Assembly: GCA_963575745.1 (NCBI GenBank)
Contig: CAUYUJ010000301.1
Coordinates: 1-64,000, forward strand
DNA: 64,000 bases
DNA from: Prorocentrum cordatum
Lineage: Eukaryota
Reading direction: 5' to 3'
The translations under genes and the position numbers were made by a program. The notes beneath the pieces were generated by a model. It saw only the letters and a list, made by a program, of their open reading frames with translations. It did no database searches and had not been told where the DNA came from. Each line of letters starts with the position of its first letter. The stretch's first letter is position 1. Of this stretch, positions 58,433-64,000 are shown in pieces.

Positions 58433-59300
58433 CTCCGTTTCTTCCTCCTCCTCCTCCTCCTCCTCCTCCTCCTCTTCCTCCTCCTCCTCCTCCTCCTCCT
58501 CCTCCTCCTCCTCCTCCTCCTCCTCATCCTCCTTCCTCCTCTTCCTCCTCCTCCTTCTCTCCTCCTCCTCCTCCTCCTCCTCCTCCTCCTCCTCCTCCTC
58601 CTCCTCCCTCTCTCCTCCTCCTCCTCCTCCCTCTCTCCTCCTCCTCCCTCCTCCTCCTCCTCCTCCTCCTCCTCCTCCTCCTCCTCCTCCCTCCTCCTCC
58701 TCCCTCCTCCTCCTCCTCCTCCTCCTCCTCCTCCTCCTCCTCCTCCTCCCTCCTCCTCCTCCTCCTCCACCTCCTCCTCCTCCTCCTCCCTCCTCCTCCT
58801 CCTCCTCCTCCTCCTCCTCCTCCTCCTCCTCCTCCCCCTCCTCCTCCTCCTCCTCCTCCTCCTCCTCCTCCCTCCCTCCTCCTCCTCCTCCTCCTCCTCC
58901 TCCTCCTCCTCCTCCTCCTCCCTCCTCTCCTCCTCCTCTCCTCCCTCCTCCTCCTCCTCCTCCTCCTCCTCCTCCTCCTCCTCCTCCTCCTCCTCCTCCT
59001 CCTCCTCCTCCTCCTCCTCCCCTCCTCCTCCTCCTCCTCCTCCTCCTCCTCCTCCTCCTCCTCCTCTCCTCCTCCTCCTCCTCCTCCTCCTCCTCCCCTC
59101 CTCCTCCTCCTCCTCCTCCTCCTCCTCCTCTCCTCCTCCTCCTCCTCCTCCTCCTCCTCCTCCTCCTCTCCTCCTCCTCCTCCTCCTCCTCCTCCTCCTC
59201 CTCCTCCTCCTCCTCCTCCTCCTCCTCCTCCTCCTCCTCCTCCTCCTCCCCCTCCTTCTCCTCCTCCTCCTCCTCCTCCTCCTCCTCCTCCCCCTCCTTC
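57355..59300. repeat. (CCT)n - degenerate (ATT/CTT/AGT/CGT)n - (CCT)n trinucleotide block
   Basis: Direct reading; AT-rich part at 57478-58340. Confidence 0.95.
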
Positions 59301-60039
59301 TCAAAGGTCGAATTGCCACGTGTTCCGAACTGCATGGCTCACGCGCGGCCCAGCAGGGAGAGGAGCCCAGCGGTGCCGAGCAGACTCATGTCGAGGGTGC
59401 AACGCAGTCGAACCAATGAAAGTGCACACGAAAGAGCACGGGTGCGAAAACTTTCGGTGGCGGCCCCCTGGAGCCGAAACGAACCGGGAACGGCAACGTT
59501 TCAGGACAATCCATTGCGTTTCGCTTCGGGGGTGGTCCGGACGGACGAGTCCCACCCGCCCTCTGGGCTAAGGTGGTCCAAGGCGTTTCCTCTTCCAATC
59601 CCTGATTCCCCTTCGTGTACCCCTCCCCCTGCCTCTCCCATGGTCTGGACGAAGGGCGAGGAGCGGGCAGAGCGCACAAGATGGCCCATATGGCTCCAAC
59701 AGGGCTGGCTCTAGTTCAGATAGCCCAAGATGGCCTCCAAGATGGCCCCGGACGACACAAGATGGTTCCAGATGGCCTCTAAGATGTCACAGCATGGCGC
59801 CAGGTAGACCCCACTATACTTCCACTAGAACCACGCGCGAGCTTCGCGCGCGCTTAGGTTCTAGGGCCCTAGCAAGGCCCACTCCGTGGCCAAACTGCAC
59901 TCAAGTGGGTACCCACTGTTGCCTTGAATCTGTATTGAGGAAGTAGCACGGCTGCGGGCCCAACAGGCGCACATGAAATACAAGGAGACACCCATACGCT
60001 TCAATTTGAAACAATGCCACGAAATCGGTCCTTTTGAGC

Positions 60040-61200
60040 GACCTCTTGGGGGCGTCACGAGGGCCTCCTGAAGTATCCAAACGGTGTCTCAAGCAGTTTC
60101 GTGGCTGTCTCGGGCGGTCTTCAGGCTCTCATCTCGTCCACTTGGTAAGGTTTGGGGGCGGGCCTCTTTGGGACCTATGTGGATTATCTGAAGGAGTTGT
60201 TGCGGCCTCTTGGTAGCATCTTGGGCGTTTCTTGGAGCCTCTTGAAGACCTTTCCGGGTCTCTGGGGGGCCCCTTGGGCTGTTTTGGAGCGCTCGCGGCC
60301 GACAGACGCCTTCGGAAGCCCTCTTGGATGTCGACAGTCTTTGGGCATTCCATAGGCGTCTTTGGGCGGCCTCGCCGGCGTCCTGGGTTCCTCTCGGGGG
60401 CCTCCTGGGCCATCTCAGCGCCGCCTCGGGCCGTTGTGATGCCCTCTTGGGCCCCCCGGGCGGTCTCCGGGCAATATTGGGGGCCACAGTGGCGGTCTGG
60501 GCTGCTGCAAAAGCAAAATCGTGAATGATGAAGTTGTTGAAAACGCCATACGCGTTTTACATTTCTGGCCTTTTTTCGGAAGTTTCCTCGAGGGCCTTTG
60601 GGGCCGTTTTCTCGCCGTCATCGGCTGTCTCGGGGGCTTTTTGGGCAGTCCTGCGATCAACACAAGCCATATTGGCGCCGTGTTGGCGGCCTACGAGCGT
60701 TCTCTGGGACCCTTGAAACATATTCGCTGCTCCGCTCTTGGCCCCGCCTCGGGGACATTGGGAGGGCCTGGGTAGCGCCGTTTCGGGGGCCAGCTGAGCC
60801 GCCTTAGGGCCCGTCGGGGCTTTGGCACGCAATTTCGGCGGTTTTTTTTGCCCATCCGGGGCCGCCCGGGCCGCCCAGAGCGCCTCGATGCTCGAGAACG
60901 CGAGCGCGCCAAAATCTTGCCACTGAAGCCTGTTGGATGCCTGTCGGGTCTATTGGGAACCCTCTGGGGAGCTTCTTGGAGACAATTTTAACCCTCCTGG
61001 GGGCCGTTTTGGGGGCGTCTCGGGAGCCCTCTCGGGGCGGGGGGCTCGACCTGTCAATTCAAGTTCCCCCTGTCGGGCCCCTCTCGGGGCCCTTTTCGGG
61101 CGCTCTTGGGCAGTTTCGGGCGCGCCCCTCGGGCCGCCGCGGGGCCCTCTCGGGGTGCCTCTCGGGGCGATCTCGGGGCCCGCCAGGGCATTATTGGACG
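60040..61200 (-). repeat. CCCAAGA-type degenerate periodic repeat (reverse orientation)
   Basis: Recurring TCTTGGG/TCTCGGGG motifs. Related blocks at 6495-6760, 38540-39290, 39900-40170, 50100-50570 and 62190-62345. Confidence 0.65.
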
Positions 61201-62624
61201 CTGGTAAAACCAAGACGACGAATTCTACGAACCGCGCCCGCTTCCTCAGAAATTGGGGCGAGTTTCGCCCCCTGTTTTTTCCCGGACTCGCCTAAGTCGC
61301 GACAAGATGACCAATCGAAAAACAACTGTGCGGAGTCAAGACGCTGCGACGGCCTGCCACTTTAAACGGCGCCGACCCTGCCTGAAATTCACGCGCCGAG
61401 AGAGCTCTCGCACAAACACAGAATGGATACCACGTGCAACGCACACGTATGCCATCTTTTCGCCGCGCGCGCCGAATCCGCAGACCAACCAAACCTCTCT
61501 CCCCGACCCGTGCCCGACGGTTGAGCTCGAGCCGCAAGCGCCGGTATTGCGCTACAGAAGCTATGGCAAAATCATAGAACGGTGCATATTTGTTCCACCT
61601 TCTTTGAGGCCTGCGCCTCACCTCCTCGTCGGCCCGCCGCTGGCACTCCTTGTTGGCGCGCCGCTGGCCCCTCTTCGGATTGTCTCTCGCGTACCTATGC
61701 TGGGTCACGTTTCCAAGACGGGCCATTCGTCCAATCGCATTTCGGACGCGGATCCGAGTGCGATTTCCAATCTCCTCTGCGCCACCATGTTGTAGTCGAA
61801 GAAAACGGTGAAGAGCACGTCCGCGAAATATGCCTGTGACCATCGGTTTTGCTAATGGGGATGCCACTCCACCGCAGACTGCCCACCTCCCCATGGACAT
61901 CGGCTCCGATTCAGACATACTTGGGCTCGGCCGAGATTTGGTGAGCGTCGACGTTGAGGTGAGATCGACGGCAATCACGTTGGAATCATGACCCCACGAT
62001 GCACCAGGCAGAGACACCAATCCCGCTGGAATCATTGCCAACGCAATCGTGATATACAGAAGCGTTGCCATGGCACCCGTGGTCTCGCTGATGCTGGTTA
62101 ATCCCGCGTGCGCTGCCACTGCTCACTTCCGGTGAACGTGGAGACTGGCACCCACAAAATGGTTTGCACCACAATGGCTGCGGGGGAACGGTTTTTGCCT
62201 CTTGGAGCCCTCTTGGGGGTCCTCTTTGACCCGTCTTGGGGCGCCTTGAGGGCCTCTTGGGCCGTCGTGAGGCCATCTGGGGAAATCCTGTACCAATCTG
62301 GAAGCCATCTTGTGCTTTGCGGAAACCATCTTGGCCCATCTTGAACTCCCTCGAAACTTCTGTGAATGCCCCACAACTATTTACACTGGAAACCTCTTGA
62401 GACTGGAAAAAAACACCCAGCGCGTGGTGGGGTGACCGACCTGCCCAACGCCAGGGCAGCCGGCGGCGAGGCTCCCTGGTCCCCTCCCCCCCCACTGTAC
62501 ACTGATGGGCCTGTTTTCCACCCATCATAGACTACCCGTCCCGCCCCACAGGAGTCGTGGAGATGGCGACTGGCGGGGCGGGCAGCGGGCAGACCTGGAA
62601 AGGAAGTCGGCTGCGGGATCCAAC

Positions 62625-63350
62625 TCCTCCTCCTCCTCCTCCTCTTCTCCTTCTTCTTCTTATTAGTATTGTTTTTCTTTGTCTTATTATTATTATCATT
62701 AGAATTATTAGTAGTAGTAGTAGTAATAATAATACTACTATTACTAGTATTAGATTATTGTTATTATTATTAATAGTATTATTAGTAGTAGTATTATTAC
62801 TATTATTATTACTAGTGTTATTGCTATTCTTCGATATATTAATCGTATCATGTTTCTTATTAGTATTATTGTTCGTCTTATTCTTATTATTCTTATTACT
62901 AGTGTTAAGATTATGCGTGTTAATAGTATTATCCTTATGCTCATCAGTAGCATTAGTAGTATTAGTCTTATTATTAATATTAATCGTCGTTTTAGTATTA
63001 TTCTTATTCTTATTATTATTATTAGCAGTATTAGTGTTAGTATTCTTAGTCGTAGTATTATTCTTCATATTCTTATGATTAGTATTAATGTGTTTATTAT
63101 TATTCTTCTTCTTATTAATATAAGTAGTATTCTTATTCGTCTTATTATTATGTAATTGTTGTTCTTATTCTTAATATTCATATTCGTATTACTCGTATTA
63201 ATATTCTTATTGTTATTAGTGTTATTATTAGTAGTATTAGTATTCGTCTTCTTATTATTCTAATTATTATTATGCTTATTATTATTATTACTCCTCCTCT
63301 TCTTCTTCCTCCCCCTCCTCCTCCTCCACCTCCTCCTCCTCCTCCTCCTC

Positions 63351-63402
<52 letters not shown>

Positions 63403-63555
63403 GACGACGACGACGACGACGACTACTACTATTCCGCCTCCTCCGCCTCCTCCGCCTGGGCGCTGGGCGCTGAGTGGCATCAAAATCCTCTGGGAATGCT
63501 ACCACCCCTCCTCCTCCTCCTCCTCCTCCTCCTCCTCCTCCTCCTCCTCCTCCTC
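62625..63555. repeat. (CCT)/(ATT/AGT)/(ACT)/(GAC) compound trinucleotide block
   Basis: Direct reading; same layout as 57355-59300. Confidence 0.9.
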
Positions 63556-64000
63556 CGCGGTAGAGCCTTGTCGCTCTCCTCATCGCCCCGAGCGCCGCAC
63601 AGGGAGTCCGCCTGTCGCCGGGCGGCCGCGAGCGGGAAAACGGCCGGGGCAGTGATGCCCGGAACCGGGAGGCAAAGGTGGTCCCGACGGGGGGGCTGGG
63701 CGACCGCGGCCTTGGGCGGTGGCACGGCACCATCACAAGGAGAGACCCGGGGCCGCGATGCGCCGGGAAGGAAGGGAGGGGGAGGTGGGGGGTGGGGAGG
63801 TGGTGAGGCGGGAGGAGAAGGGAGCGAGGGGAGGTAGGATTTTTCCCCCACAGAGTTTCACCGCCGAACGAAATCAATACATGCTCTGGTCGCTGAGAGC
63901 GTGGGAGGGCAAGGGGAGGTGGGGGGGCGACAGGCGGTGCGCGGGAAAGGGGGGGGGCGCAGTGCGAGAGGGAGGCGGGAGGAAAGGCGAGAGAGATCGA

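Noticed and set aside
57598..59571. 657-aa poly-I/L/P membrane- or extensin-like ORF, and other poly-P/E/S ORFs
   Set aside because: These are trinucleotide SSR translations with no unique coding content.
61292..62119. 275-aa minus-strand ORF, possibly a gag or tyrosine recombinase remnant
   Set aside because: No convincing motif in any frame, and the most coding-like frame has several stops. Left unannotated pending BLASTX.
62404..62520. Additional MITE candidates (also 46797-46878 and 6284-6486)
   Set aside because: Inverted repeats are short and mismatched, with no TSD and no second copy in the window.

Overview
Eukaryotic, GC-rich, repeat-dense DNA. The GC/GA splice donors and the repeat families suggest a dinoflagellate, probably Prorocentrum-like (inference). 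No prokaryotic operon, CRISPR array, rRNA or tRNA was found, and nearly all long six-frame ORFs are artefacts of simple repeats. (1) A hidden minus-strand gene was assembled by eye from 20 tiny phase-compatible exons (53577 down to 19164, 358 codons, GT/GC/GA donors). Its splice across a ~15.3-kb intron restores a cupin-like motif (VVPP|GVTHRF). (2) Inside that intron is a 10.7-kb element with 18-bp terminal inverted repeats, filled by a satellite of 39-bp self-palindromic units with a 183-bp higher-order repeat. It looks like a small foldback element whose left arm expanded. (3) Four decayed retroelements are present: a Penelope-like RT, a non-LTR RT+RNase H, and two Ty1/copia-like pol fragments. 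(4) At least ten unrelated families of ~135-205-bp MITEs occur, many with TA duplications; one appears to supply an exon's splice donor. (5) Several modular non-autonomous elements consist of a tandem-repeat body, an SSR and a conserved hairpin tail; there are also large SSR tracts. All calls are by eye; no database searches were run.
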